Notes under the pieces: model-generated
Seen by the model: only the letters and a program-made list of their open reading frames with translations
Databases searched by the model: none
Told to the model about the DNA's origin: nothing
Shown here: positions 9,081 through 17,843 of the stretch, one piece after another
Layout of the letters: the number at the start of each line of letters is the position of its first letter
How positions within the stretch are numbered: the first letter of the stretch is position 1
Position numbers and translations under genes: made by a program
From: Chloroflexota bacterium
GTDB taxonomy: Bacteria; Chloroflexota; Dormibacteria; Aeolococcales; Aeolococcaceae
Direction: 5' to 3'
Assembly: GCA_034666465.1 (NCBI GenBank)
Contig: JAXDLT010000416.1
Location: 1-57,935, forward strand
DNA length: 57,935 bases

Positions 9081-9367
9081 CCGCCACCGCCACCCACCCG
9101 CACCCGGACCGGTTGACGACCCGCGAGGGACCGCCGGCGGGGTCGGTCGCCGATGTCGAGCTCGCGGTGGCCCATCTCGCCTCGTCGATGGCCGGGACCC
9201 ACGGCGGTCGCCCGTCGGCGCTCGAGGCGGTCGCCCGCGCCGCCACCCACCTGGCGCGCGCGCACCGGCGAGAGGTGCCTCTCGACGAGGACGGCCAGGT
9301 CGCGATGATGGGGGCGTGGTCGCTCGACAACGGGATGCTGCCCCACGTCGTGCTCGGCGAGGACTGA
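9077..9367 (+). CDS. 96-aa hypothetical protein (paralog at 26231..26521)
   Basis: GTG start overlapping the upstream stop. ORF intact in both copies, and substitutions between the copies are mostly conservative. No family recognised. Confidence 0.65.
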   Translation: MTATATHPHPDRLTTREGPPAGSVADVELAVAHLASSMAGTHGGRPSALEAVARAATHLARAHRREVPLDEDGQVAMMGAWSLDNGMLPHVVLGED

Positions 9368-9427
9368 GCCCAGATCTCCACCCCGGCAACCGGCGTCGGA
9401 TGATCCGCGTCGATCCCTGCTCGCCGA

Positions 9428-10723
9428 TCATTGCAACGGTTGCGGGTCCGCCGAGGGCCTCCCGACCCACGTGGTTCCGACTGCCACCACGCGCTGGGCG
9501 CGCCCGTCACTCGCCGACGCGAGGAGCCCACCGCTCCCGTCGCTGTGCAGCAGGGCGAGGCTGGTCACCCGTGGGACGGTGACCCTGTTGTCGTCCGTCG
9601 CCCGATTCGACGTCATCGCCTCCTCACCGTTGAGGGATGCCAGGTACGCGTGACCGGGAGCGTCGCTGGAGCCCTCCGAGTGGAGGACCACGAGGGCGAG
9701 CCGCCCCCCTCCCAGTCCGGCGCGAGCGCCGTTGCTGTCGCTGCGGGCGTGCGACGCCGACCCGCTGTAGGTGGCGTCGCTCGTCGAATCGCCGACCGTG
9801 ACAGTGGCGATCCCACCATCGGCGAACGCGAAGTCCAGGAGCGCACCCCGAACGTGACTCCGCGATGCGCCGCGGTTCGCGGTGGCGTAGCCGTCCCACC
9901 CCGCCACCGCCAACCGGAGGAGCGGATTGGAGGGGAGGGCGACAAGCGTGCCGTTCGCGTACCCGTTGGCCGGGACCTGTCCTTCACTGACGCTCTCGCC
10001 GGCGAGGCGGAACTCCCGTCCCTCAGCAGCTGAGGAGTTGCGTCCCGCCTGCGCGCTCGTACAGCTCAGGCAGGTGGCGAGGGGATCGAGGTTCACCCCA
10101 TACGCATCCGCCTGGAGAGGACCGGCTACCGGCGCGCCCCCATCCGTGCTGGTCGGTCCTGTGCGCCGGGGCACCGATCTGCCGCCCGACCGAGCGTCGC
10201 TCGCCCACACGGTGACCGGTGCCGAGGACCTGCGCAACGGTGCGCTCCCCACCGCCGGCACCCCCGTGCCGATCGTGTCGCGGGTCGCATTCACGGCCGG
10301 CGGGCCGGTCGGCCCGTGAGGTGCCGTGGAGGCGTCGGGCACAGCGACGTGGGCGATGCCCGGTCCGAAGAGAGCGAGAACCCCAGCCGCGAGGGCCACC
10401 ATGAGAAACAGCACGACGAACAGGCGCAGCGTGAGGATCAGCGCGTCGTACCACCAGTGCAGTCGCTCATGGAGAACGTCGAGGCGATCCCCGAACCGCT
10501 CCCACGCTGTCGGCGGCGGCAGCTCCGCCTCCGGACCGTCCAGGTGCTCGAGCCACCGCCGCGCGCCGTCCGGGCGCACCCACCAGCTCATGACGGCCTC
10601 GCGCGACAGCCGCGCGGCCGTCGACGGCGTTGTGGTAGACCTCGGCAACTTCCATGCGGTCGCATGGAACCGATCATGTCGCGACACCCTCACCGTGTCA
10701 TCCCCAGTCATGACTACGACCAC
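9428..10723 (-). CDS. single-pass membrane protein with large extracytoplasmic domain (hypothetical)
   Basis: 431-aa ORF with reasonable GC3 and one strong TM helix (LILTLRLFVVLFLMVALAAGVLALF). The C-terminal 300 aa are Ser/Gly/Ala-rich. The start is uncertain: 10723, or MSWWVRP at 10591. Confidence 0.6.
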   Translation of the reverse strand: MVVVMTGDDTVRVSRHDRFHATAWKLPRSTTTPSTAARLSREAVMSWWVRPDGARRWLEHLDGPEAELPPPTAWERFGDRLDVLHERLHWWYDALILTLRLFVVLFLMVALAAGVLALFGPGIAHVAVPDASTAPHGPTGPPAVNATRDTIGTGVPAVGSAPLRRSSAPVTVWASDARSGGRSVPRRTGPTSTDGGAPVAGPLQADAYGVNLDPLATCLSCTSAQAGRNSSAAEGREFRLAGESVSEGQVPANGYANGTLVALPSNPLLRLAVAGWDGYATANRGASRSHVRGALLDFAFADGGIATVTVGDSTSDATYSGSASHARSDSNGARAGLGGGRLALVVLHSEGSSDAPGHAYLASLNGEEAMTSNRATDDNRVTVPRVTSLALLHSDGSGGLLASASDGRAQRVVAVGTTWVGRPSADPQPLQ

Positions 10724-10752
10724 CGGTCAATCTCGACTAGAACGTCGCAGCT

Positions 10753-10803
10753 CCGAAGTTGGTCCGTTCTGTCGATGACGACCGAATCATGGGAGCCTAA
10801 GGT
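10753..10803 (+). promoter_or_regulatory. conserved promoter-like module, copy A (27-nt upstream element ending ATGAC, 18-nt gap, TAAGGT)
   Basis: CCGAAGTTGGTCCGTTCTGTCGATGAC-n18-TAAGGT, about 170 nt upstream of the GAF-LuxR start. The same architecture is seen at 25957..26007 and 26974..27024. Confidence 0.4.
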
Positions 10804-10973
10804 CTGCTCGGAGCGGCGAGCGCATCCGGTTCGTCCGCCCCGAGGGCGGATGGCCGCCGGTGCCGCACAGCAGCTGCGCGACGGCGGCCACGCCAACCTC
10901 GAGATCGGCCTGCCGACGCTGGTCCCCAACCACGCTGATCGATGCAATCGGTGGGAGCCCGAGGAGGCCCGAG

Positions 10974-12143
10974 ATGGCAAAGGAACGGTCCGACCTACGC
11001 TGTGCACTGGACGAGCTGCGGTCCACCGGGCTCCTGAGCGCCGCGGTCCGACCGGAGATCGCTGCCTCCTGGCACCGGTCGATGGCCGTCGATCTTCAGC
11101 CCGACCGGCTGGAGGTTCCCTACGAGCCCGACCCGCACACCGACGACCGTGTCGAGCATGCCGCCCGGCCGGTCCTGGACCGTCTGGTCGAGGACCTCGA
11201 GTCCACATCGATGGCCCTCCTGCTCTCCGACCGGCACGGCCGCATCGTCGATCGACTGACCCGCGACAGGATGCTGCGAGCGCGCCTCGACAGGATCATG
11301 CTGGCGCCCGGTTTCTGTTATCAGGAGAGCCGGATCGGCACCAATGCCATCGGCACGGCGCTCGAGCAACGGGCACCATCCATGGTCATGGGCGCTGAGC
11401 ACTATGCCGATGCGCTCACCCGAATGGCCTGCGCCGCGGCCCCCATCATCGACCCCACCACGGCGTTGCTCATCGGCGCGATCGACCTGACGTGCTCCGT
11501 GGAGGGGGCTCACCCGCTGATGCTGGCCGTGGCCAAGCGGTCCGCCCACCTCATTGAACAACGCCTCGTCAGCGCGAACCCGGCCGCCGACCGTGTCCTT
11601 CTCGAAAGCTTCCTGCGCGCCCGGCGTGGCGGCCGCGGAGCCGCCCTCGTGGGCCTCAACGGGCAGGCGATGTACACGAACGCCCCGGCTGTCAAGCTCC
11701 TGCACGACATGGACCGTGCCCTGCTGTGGGACCTCGTCTCATCGGCGCTGTTCGATCGGCAGCATGCTACGTTCGAGCTGCCGGTGCCGGTTGGAGGCTC
11801 GAGCCTCGTGTCGTGCGAAACCGTCGCCGACGGCGGCGACGTCATCGGGGCGCTGCTGCGGTTTCTGCCCCAGCCGATGGCCGCAGACGCCCCCGCCGCC
11901 GCCCCTGAACCGCGGCGTTCTCGTGCGAGCCGGGGATGGGAGAGCCTCACCGAGACCGAGCGAACTGTCGCAGAGCTCGTGAGTGAGGGACGCACCAACC
12001 GCGAGATCGCCGCCTCGACGTTCCTGTCGCCCCACACCGTTGGCTACCACCTCCGCCACATCTTCACCAAGCTCGGGGTGGATTCCCGCGTCGAACTGAC
12101 CCGTGTCGTCGTCCAGCGGGGGCCGATGAGCCCGGCGGAGTGA
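10974..12143 (+). CDS. GAF-domain / LuxR-HTH transcriptional regulator (AcoR-N-terminal-like), copy 1
   Basis: ATG at 10974 after GAGGAGG. AcoR-type N-terminus (VRPEIAASWHRSMAV), a GAF-like core, and a C-terminal LuxR HTH (LTETERTVAELVSEGRTNREIAASTFLSPHTVGYHLRHIFTKLG). Paralog at 24651..25901. Confidence 0.85.
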   Translation: MAKERSDLRCALDELRSTGLLSAAVRPEIAASWHRSMAVDLQPDRLEVPYEPDPHTDDRVEHAARPVLDRLVEDLESTSMALLLSDRHGRIVDRLTRDRMLRARLDRIMLAPGFCYQESRIGTNAIGTALEQRAPSMVMGAEHYADALTRMACAAAPIIDPTTALLIGAIDLTCSVEGAHPLMLAVAKRSAHLIEQRLVSANPAADRVLLESFLRARRGGRGAALVGLNGQAMYTNAPAVKLLHDMDRALLWDLVSSALFDRQHATFELPVPVGGSSLVSCETVADGGDVIGALLRFLPQPMAADAPAAAPEPRRSRASRGWESLTETERTVAELVSEGRTNREIAASTFLSPHTVGYHLRHIFTKLGVDSRVELTRVVVQRGPMSPAE

Positions 12144-12168
12144 CGCGGGATGACAAGGCCACCGAGCG

Positions 12169-12999
12169 CTAGGCGACCGCCGTGTCCGGTGCTGCCGAGC
12201 CGGCGGAATGGCGCCGGAGGAAGCGCGCAATCTCCAGATTGGCCCGTGGCTCGTCGATGATGTACAGGTGACCGGCCTCGGGCCACAGCCTGAGCTCCGC
12301 GCCGGGAATCCTCTGGGCCAGCAGCCGTCCGTTCGCCGGCGGCATCACAGCGTCCTGCTCGCCGTGGACAACGAGCGTGGGCGCGGCGATATGGCCAAGC
12401 CGGCTGAACGTGTTGTGCGTGGCAACGGCGGCCGCCTGGTGCAGGGAGGCGAGGGTGCCGGGGGGCGAGCTCACCCGACGTGCGATGTTCTCCGCGATCC
12501 GATCCGCGTGGAGACGGCGGGTCACCTCGGCATGGGTGTAGGGGACGGCGGCCCACTCCGCCTCCTCTGGTCCCATGCCCCCGACGCGGGCGAAGAACGT
12601 CAACGCCAGGGGCCCGGGGAGCACCGCGTGGACCCCGCCAGGTGAGCTGGCGCCGAGAACGAGCGCCTGCACGCGGTCGGGATGGCGCAGTGCCAGCTCC
12701 TGCGCAACACTGCCGCCCAGCGAGATGCCGTACACGTGCGCACGCTGCTCTCCCGCAGCGTCCAGCACCGCGACCGCGTCGCCGGCCATCTGCGCCACCG
12801 TGTAGGGGAGGGGCACGCGGCTGCTGTGCCCTGTGTCGCGGCTGTCGAAGGCGATCACCCGGAAGGAACGCGCCAGGACGGGGATCGTCGACCACCACCC
12901 GGGCAGCGTCATTCCCTGTCCGGCGAGGAGCAGGACGGCGGGTCCCTGGCCGGTGCTCTCCCAGTGGAGCTTGACGGATCCGTTTCTCGCGACCGGCAT
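12169..12999 (-). CDS. alpha/beta hydrolase
   Basis: The start is MPVARNGSVKLHWE (ATG at 12999). Nucleophile elbow GISLGGS, late HG..D and GH motifs. I rejected the 262-aa Arg/Gly-rich N-terminal extension of the ORF track. Confidence 0.9.
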   Translation of the reverse strand: MPVARNGSVKLHWESTGQGPAVLLLAGQGMTLPGWWSTIPVLARSFRVIAFDSRDTGHSSRVPLPYTVAQMAGDAVAVLDAAGEQRAHVYGISLGGSVAQELALRHPDRVQALVLGASSPGGVHAVLPGPLALTFFARVGGMGPEEAEWAAVPYTHAEVTRRLHADRIAENIARRVSSPPGTLASLHQAAAVATHNTFSRLGHIAAPTLVVHGEQDAVMPPANGRLLAQRIPGAELRLWPEAGHLYIIDEPRANLEIARFLRRHSAGSAAPDTAVA

Positions 13000-13215
13000 C
13001 AGCGCAGGTCCTCCGAGCCCGCGGGGGCCGGGACGCTGCCGCCTCGCTGGTTCATGTGTTCTCCCATGGTGAGACACAGTCTGCGGCGCCGCCGGCTCGG
13101 CGCTGGCTGGCCTCTGGGACCGCAGAACCCGTCTCTTCGGTCGGTGGCCCTGCGCTGGGGGCGGCCTAGCGTGGTGCACTGCCGGAGGGCCATCACCTGA
13201 AGACTGGAGATTCCC

Positions 13216-14094
13216 ATGACCGTCATCGTCACCGGAGCGTCGGGCAAGCTCGGGCGCCTGGTTGCCGAGAGCCTCATGGCGCGTCTCGCGCCGGCGGAGC
13301 TCGTCCTCGTCACCCGCCACCCGGCGGCGCTGAGCGAGCTGGCCGCTCGCGGTGCGGACGTCCGCCACGGCGACTTCGACGACCCGGCCTCGCTGCCGGA
13401 GGCCTTCGCGGGCGGTCGCCGCATGCTGCTCATCAGCACTGACGCCATCGGGCGCCGTGTCGCCCAGCACCGCGCAGCGATCGACGCTGCCGCGGCTGCC
13501 GGAGTCGGCCACGTGGTGTACACGTCGCACGTCAACCCGGTCGCCGGCAACCCGATCGGTCCGGTCGCAGCGGAGCATGGCGAGACGGAGGAGATGCTCC
13601 ACGACAGGGGGCTTGCGTGGACGGTGCTGCGTTTGGGGAGCTTTGCCGAGCTGCAGGTGCAGCCGGCCTCGCTGGCAGTCGCCGCCGGCCAGCTCGTCAC
13701 CAACGCGGGCGAGGGGCGCATCGTGCCCGTCTCGCGTCGCGACTGCGCCGATGCCGCCGCAACCGTCCTCACCACCGACGGCCACGAGGCCAGAACCTAC
13801 GAGATCACCGGCCCCCAGGCGCTCTCCCAGCGCGACCTCGCGGGCGTCCTCGCCGAGGTGAGCGGCCGTTCAGTGAAGGTCGTGGAGATCGGCGACAGGA
13901 TGCTCGTGTGGGGTCTCGTCCGCTATGGAACCGCCAGGCCCGTCGCCCGGGCGGTGGCGGCGTTCGGCCGTGCCCTCCGCGAGGGGTACTTCGACGTGGT
14001 CGATCCGGCCTTCGAGAGCCTCACCGGACGGCCGCCTCTGTCGCTGCGCGAGGTGCTCATCCCCCACCGCGGAGATCTGTTGACCGCGGCCTGA
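13216..14094 (+). CDS. NmrA-like / NAD(P)H-binding SDR-family protein
   Basis: N-terminal Rossmann motif VTGASGKLG, NmrA-like length and layout. Confidence 0.9.
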   Translation: MTVIVTGASGKLGRLVAESLMARLAPAELVLVTRHPAALSELAARGADVRHGDFDDPASLPEAFAGGRRMLLISTDAIGRRVAQHRAAIDAAAAAGVGHVVYTSHVNPVAGNPIGPVAAEHGETEEMLHDRGLAWTVLRLGSFAELQVQPASLAVAAGQLVTNAGEGRIVPVSRRDCADAAATVLTTDGHEARTYEITGPQALSQRDLAGVLAEVSGRSVKVVEIGDRMLVWGLVRYGTARPVARAVAAFGRALREGYFDVVDPAFESLTGRPPLSLREVLIPHRGDLLTAA

Positions 14095-14100
14095 GACCAG

Positions 14101-14129
14101 GCGGAGAGGGCGTCTGACGCCCTCTCCGC
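14101..14129. terminator. perfect 12-bp stem / 5-nt loop hairpin between convergent genes
   Basis: GCGGAGAGGGCG-TCTGA-CGCCCTCTCCGC, 7 nt after the NmrA-like stop and about 100 nt beyond the esterase stop. There is no U-tract, which is common in actinobacteria. Confidence 0.5.
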
Positions 14130-14235
14130 ACCCATCGCCAGCAGGTCGATGACATGACGGTACGTCGCGCTGTGGTCCGTTGGTCGGGAGCCCTTCACCG
14201 ACGCCGTGAAGGCTCCCACACGACGTTCGCTCCGG

Positions 14236-15516
14236 CTACTGAAGCCAGGGGAATGTCAGCAGTCCGGGGAATGTCGACAGCCCGGGGAATGCCGGCAGCC
14301 CGGCGAGCGCCGGCAGCCCGGGGAATGCCGGCAGCCCGGGGAGCTTCGGCAGCCCGGGGAGGGCCGGCAGCCCGGGAAGCGACCCCAGCCTGGGCAGTGC
14401 CGGAAGTCCGGGAAGCACCGGCAGCCCGGTGAGCTTCGGCAGCCCGGGGGATGTCGACACCCTGTTCGAGGACATCGGATGGTTGACGAAGAAGTCGTAC
14501 ATCGCTCGGGTCTCGTCCGGGCCGGAGGGATCCGCGTACTGGGCGCACCCGCAGCCGCCCGACCATGCGTGAACCATGTCCGGTACGAGCCAGTACTGCA
14601 GGAGTTCCTGCCCATGGCCGTCGACGTACTTGGCGACAGTGTAGGAACGGCCACTCGGGGCTCGCTGGTTCAGCGTCTGGGTGGGCAGGGCGGGGACCGA
14701 GCCGTCGTTGCCCCTGCCGTCATCGGCCCAGTCGGCGGTCGTCTGCCACTGCCGCACGAGGTTGCTGGCATTGATGACCGGCACGGTGGTGTCCTTGCCA
14801 CCCTGGAAGATCAATGCCGGCATCTCGCGAGCGTGAACGCCCATGGCGCGGTAGGCCGCCTCGCCTGCCTGCGCCGGGTCGGTGCCACCCCAACCCGCCA
14901 CGTACTGGACCGCGGTGGCCCCGTACTCGACGCCCGAGCCGACCCCGATCGCCGCGTAGAGATCGGGATAGGTCGCTCCCATGACCGACGCCATCGCCCC
15001 TCCGGCGGAGAGGCCCATGACGTAGACCCTGTTCGGATCGACGGTGTAGTGCTGCTGGACCCACCCGGTGATTCCGGCGATGAGCGACGGCTCACCCGAT
15101 CCGCGTTGCTGGTCCTGGGGGTTGAACCAGTTCCAGCATCTCATGTAGTTGGCACTCTGGCTCTGCTCGGGATAGACGACGAGGAAGTTCCTGGCTTCGG
15201 CCAGGTTGTCGGTCTGTGCCAGCTGGCGGAACGAGTCCGCGGTCTCGGTGCATCCATGCAGAGCGACGACCAACGGCACCGCCGTCCCGGTGCGATAGGT
15301 GGACGGCACGTACCCCAGGTAGGACCTGGTGCCGGCCGCGTTCGTGTAGCTGCCCGAGAAGTGGGCGCCCGGAACCGCCGCGGCATGGGCAACCGCCTGC
15401 TGCCCCGACACCGCGGCGACGATCGCCAGCAGTGGCGCAGACGACAGGCAGAGGAGGCGCCGGGTGCCTCCTCGCCTCCCACGGACGGTGGCGTCGACAT
15501 GATCTGGGGAAGGCAT
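14236..15516 (-). CDS. secreted PHB-depolymerase-family (LpqC-like) esterase with proline-rich repeat tail
   Basis: ATG at 15516 (GAGGAA upstream) and a signal peptide (RRLLCLSSAPLLAIVAAVSGQQAVAHA). Also HGC motif, GLSAGGAMA nucleophile elbow, and a C-terminal (GLPxLP)n tail. Confidence 0.85.
   Translation of the reverse strand: MPSPDHVDATVRGRRGGTRRLLCLSSAPLLAIVAAVSGQQAVAHAAAVPGAHFSGSYTNAAGTRSYLGYVPSTYRTGTAVPLVVALHGCTETADSFRQLAQTDNLAEARNFLVVYPEQSQSANYMRCWNWFNPQDQQRGSGEPSLIAGITGWVQQHYTVDPNRVYVMGLSAGGAMASVMGATYPDLYAAIGVGSGVEYGATAVQYVAGWGGTDPAQAGEAAYRAMGVHAREMPALIFQGGKDTTVPVINASNLVRQWQTTADWADDGRGNDGSVPALPTQTLNQRAPSGRSYTVAKYVDGHGQELLQYWLVPDMVHAWSGGCGCAQYADPSGPDETRAMYDFFVNHPMSSNRVSTSPGLPKLTGLPVLPGLPALPRLGSLPGLPALPGLPKLPGLPAFPGLPALAGLPAFPGLSTFPGLLTFPWLQ
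14239..14452. repeat. about 12 tandem imperfect 18-bp repeats (cagcccggggaatgccgg type), in-frame coding
   Basis: Read directly. Units are contiguous with no spacers and encode the GLPxLP hexapeptide tail of the esterase. Confidence 0.85.
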
Positions 15517-15565
15517 GTGTTTCCTCAACGCGCGACGTCTCAGGGACCGATCATGATCGGACTCC

Positions 15566-15581
15566 CTTATCGATTGATAAG
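15566..15581. promoter_or_regulatory. AT-rich palindrome CTTATC-gatt-GATAAG in the divergent esterase/PucR intergenic region
   Basis: Seen in sequence. It is a conspicuous AT-rich inverted repeat in otherwise GC-rich DNA between divergent starts. The operator role is inferred only. Confidence 0.3.
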
Positions 15582-15591
15582 CCAACAGTAG

Positions 15592-16941
15592 GTGGACGAG
15601 TCGGTCGGCAGCATGCAGGAAAGCGAGAAATTCCGCCCCGCCGGTCGCGATGTTCCCACAGACCCGGCGTCACCCAATGGGTCCTCGGCCCGCGACGAGG
15701 CGATTCGAGCCATCGCTCGCCGGCTCGCCGGCCGTGAGGAGGAGCTCGCGAGGCAGATCGTCGCGCGCTATCGGGAGGAGATCGTCGACTACCGTGCCGG
15801 CGACGCCTCCCTCGCCGCCGACGCCACCGGGCTCGCGCTCGACAACGTCGAGGCATTGCTGGCCAACCTGGAGCGGGGTGAGCAGGTCTCGAACGGACAG
15901 CTCGAGAAGACCCGGATGGGTGCCGCGCGGCGCGTCCACCAGGGCGTGTCGTTGGAATCGTTTCTCCATGCGGTCCGGCTCTGGGGCCAGGTCGCCTGGG
16001 AGACGTTGCGTGCCGCCGCGCGCGGCGACCACCCGGGCGAGCGGGAGGCGGCGCTGGAGATCGCAGGCAGGGTGATGCGCCACGTCGACCTCGCCTCGAC
16101 GGCCGGAGCCCACGCCTACCTCCACGAGGCGCAGGGGTTCTCCAACTATGGGCATGTGCTGCGACGAGACCTGTTGGAGGCGCTCCTCGGGGGGGAGCGC
16201 GACGTACACCGGGCCCGCCGCCGAGCCCACTCGCTCGGCATGCGACTGGCGGAGAACCACGTCGTCCTCGTGGTTCGTCCGCAGCAGGTGCCGCCGGGGG
16301 TGACGGATGACCAACCGGTCGCCACGCGTGCGATCGTGCGGTACATGGTCGAGGTGGCTCGAACCCATCTTCGGCCGCCGGGCGGTGCGTTGCTGGTCGG
16401 CGTCCGCGACGCCGAGGTGGTGGCGCTGTATCCGGTCTCCGAGCCGGCACAGGTCCACACCGCCAAGCAGGACGCCGGGTCACTTGCAACCGCCGTCGCG
16501 CCCAGCCGCTGGAGCGTCGGCATGAGCGGGTGGCATCCCGGACCTGCCGGGATCGCGCTCTCCTATGGGGAGGCGAAGGAGGCGGCGCAGATCGCGGCCG
16601 GGAGCGGAATAACCGGCCGGGCCGTGACCCTCGACGAGGTGCTCATCGACCACATCGCGCGCTTCACACCCGACGTCGGCAGGGTCCTGGACGACACGTT
16701 GCACCCCCTCGTCGACTACGACCTCGTGCACGGGACGGCACTGGTTCCGACGGTGGCAGCCTACGTTGACGCGGGATTCAACCTGACCAGGAGCGCTGAG
16801 GTCCTCCACGTCCACCCCAACACCGTCATGTACCGGCTCCGGCGCGTCAAGGAGCTCTGCGGCCGCGATCCTCACGATCCCGACGACCTGCTGATCCTGT
16901 TCCTCGCCCTGAAGCTGGCCGAGCTGAGCCCCACGCCATGA
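15592..16941 (+). CDS. PucR/CdaR-family transcriptional regulator
   Basis: C-terminal PucR-type HTH (NLTRSAEVLHVHPNTVMYRLRRVKELCG) after a long sensor-like region. The start is GTG 15592 or ATG 15613. Confidence 0.85.
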   Translation: MDESVGSMQESEKFRPAGRDVPTDPASPNGSSARDEAIRAIARRLAGREEELARQIVARYREEIVDYRAGDASLAADATGLALDNVEALLANLERGEQVSNGQLEKTRMGAARRVHQGVSLESFLHAVRLWGQVAWETLRAAARGDHPGEREAALEIAGRVMRHVDLASTAGAHAYLHEAQGFSNYGHVLRRDLLEALLGGERDVHRARRRAHSLGMRLAENHVVLVVRPQQVPPGVTDDQPVATRAIVRYMVEVARTHLRPPGGALLVGVRDAEVVALYPVSEPAQVHTAKQDAGSLATAVAPSRWSVGMSGWHPGPAGIALSYGEAKEAAQIAAGSGITGRAVTLDEVLIDHIARFTPDVGRVLDDTLHPLVDYDLVHGTALVPTVAAYVDAGFNLTRSAEVLHVHPNTVMYRLRRVKELCGRDPHDPDDLLILFLALKLAELSPTP

Positions 16942-17095
16942 CCGGACCCGCGACGGTCAGGTCAAGACTGACCCGCCGGACAGGGTGCCGGGACCGCGGT
17001 CCGACGGACGATGTCAGCAGCAGTCCGGCGGGAAGTCTTCCAGACACGCGATGGCCGGCGGCCCGCCCCGACGACCGCCCGAAAGGAGCTGCACC

Positions 17096-17443
17096 ATGAT
17101 GCCCACCCGAAAGCGCCTCGCGATCGTGCTCGGCGTCGCCGGCGTGCTCGCCATCGGCGGCTCGGCGATCGGTGCGGGTGCGGCGGCCGCCGCCGGCCTC
17201 GCCGTGCGGCCGGATCTTCTGGCGTTCGACGGCCTGTCGGGCGGTCCCGACGCCTGCAGCAATCACAACGCGGAGCAGCAGGGCGCGACCGCCGGTACGG
17301 AGACCAAGGTCTGTCAGGGCAGCGGCCTTGTGTTCATCGCCCCCAGCGTGGGACAGGTGGCCACGGTGATCGGCCCCACCGTCATCGGACCGGCGCAGGT
17401 CTCCGCGGCCGTGGCCGCGGGGAACGTCGGCGCCGGCGTCTGA
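17096..17443 (+). CDS. small secreted protein (IGPTVIGP motif)
   Basis: ATG after GAAAGGAG, signal peptide [29 protein letters not shown], high GC3. Confidence 0.6.
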   Translation: MMPTRKRLAIVLGVAGVLAIGGSAIGAGAAAAAGLAVRPDLLAFDGLSGGPDACSNHNAEQQGATAGTETKVCQGSGLVFIAPSVGQVATVIGPTVIGPAQVSAAVAAGNVGAGV

Positions 17444-17466
17444 CGCCGGACGACCACGGCTCCGCG

Positions 17467-17838
17467 ATGAGACTCGGGCGACAGACCCGCTTCGACGGCA
17501 GGGACGGGTGCACCGTGATCCTCAGCCGAAGGCGCCTCGGGACCGCGGTGGTCGCCGTCAGCACCTGGCTCGCCATCGGAGCCGGTGTGACCGGTGCGAG
17601 CGCCGCGATCACACACGGCCCCGCGCCGCGCGGGTCTGCGCCCATCCACATGACCTTCGGTCCCCCCAGGGTGGGGCCGATCACCGTGTCGATCGGCCCC
17701 ACGATCATCGACGGAAGGGTCATGGATCCCGGGCTGCAGGTGACCCTCCCGGGTGTGACCGCCCAGGCCGCCGGACCGGCGGAGGCGGCGCCGGTCGCCG
17801 TGCACAAGCGCAAGCGCACCTCGAGCGCGGCGGGCTAG
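17467..17838 (+). CDS. small secreted protein ([13 protein letters not shown] motif), weak paralog of the preceding gene
   Basis: Signal-like [26 protein letters not shown], high GC3. Ends 5 nt before the CoA-transferase ATG. The start is ATG 17467 or GTG 17515. Confidence 0.55.
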   Translation: MRLGRQTRFDGRDGCTVILSRRRLGTAVVAVSTWLAIGAGVTGASAAITHGPAPRGSAPIHMTFGPPRVGPITVSIGPTIIDGRVMDPGLQVTLPGVTAQAAGPAEAAPVAVHKRKRTSSAAG

Positions 17839-17843
17839 CGGTC

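Larger units (their letters stand above)
8910..9367 (+). repeat. dispersed direct repeat, copy 1 (partner 26063..26521)
   Basis: Aligned by eye to 26063..26521. The first 156 nt of the coding part show 14 mismatches and no indels. It covers the SD plus both small genes. Confidence 0.85.

Noticed and set aside
12169-13785. 538-aa ORF suggesting a much longer hydrolase. The same type of N-terminal extension appears in 4179..5324, 5153..6298, 7656..8798, 14236..15585, 17508..19781, 32115..33497, 33058..34149, 44267..45442 and 48045..49175.
   Set aside because: The extra N-terminal parts are Arg/Pro-rich, overlap neighbouring genes or intergenic promoters, and lack homology-like features. Internal ATG/GTG codons with good SD sequences, or start/stop overlaps with the upstream gene, give family-typical lengths.
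14239-14452. A regular short repeat array that could be mistaken for a CRISPR.
   Set aside because: The units are 18 bp, contiguous with no spacers, imperfect, and in-frame inside the esterase CDS, where they encode GLPxLP. No cas genes are present.
17096-17838. The small secreted proteins as chaplin- or rodlin-type surface amyloids.
   Set aside because: They lack the conserved chaplin domain pattern (GNxxQVPVxxPVNVCGN-type with paired Cys). Only a short IGPT motif is shared.
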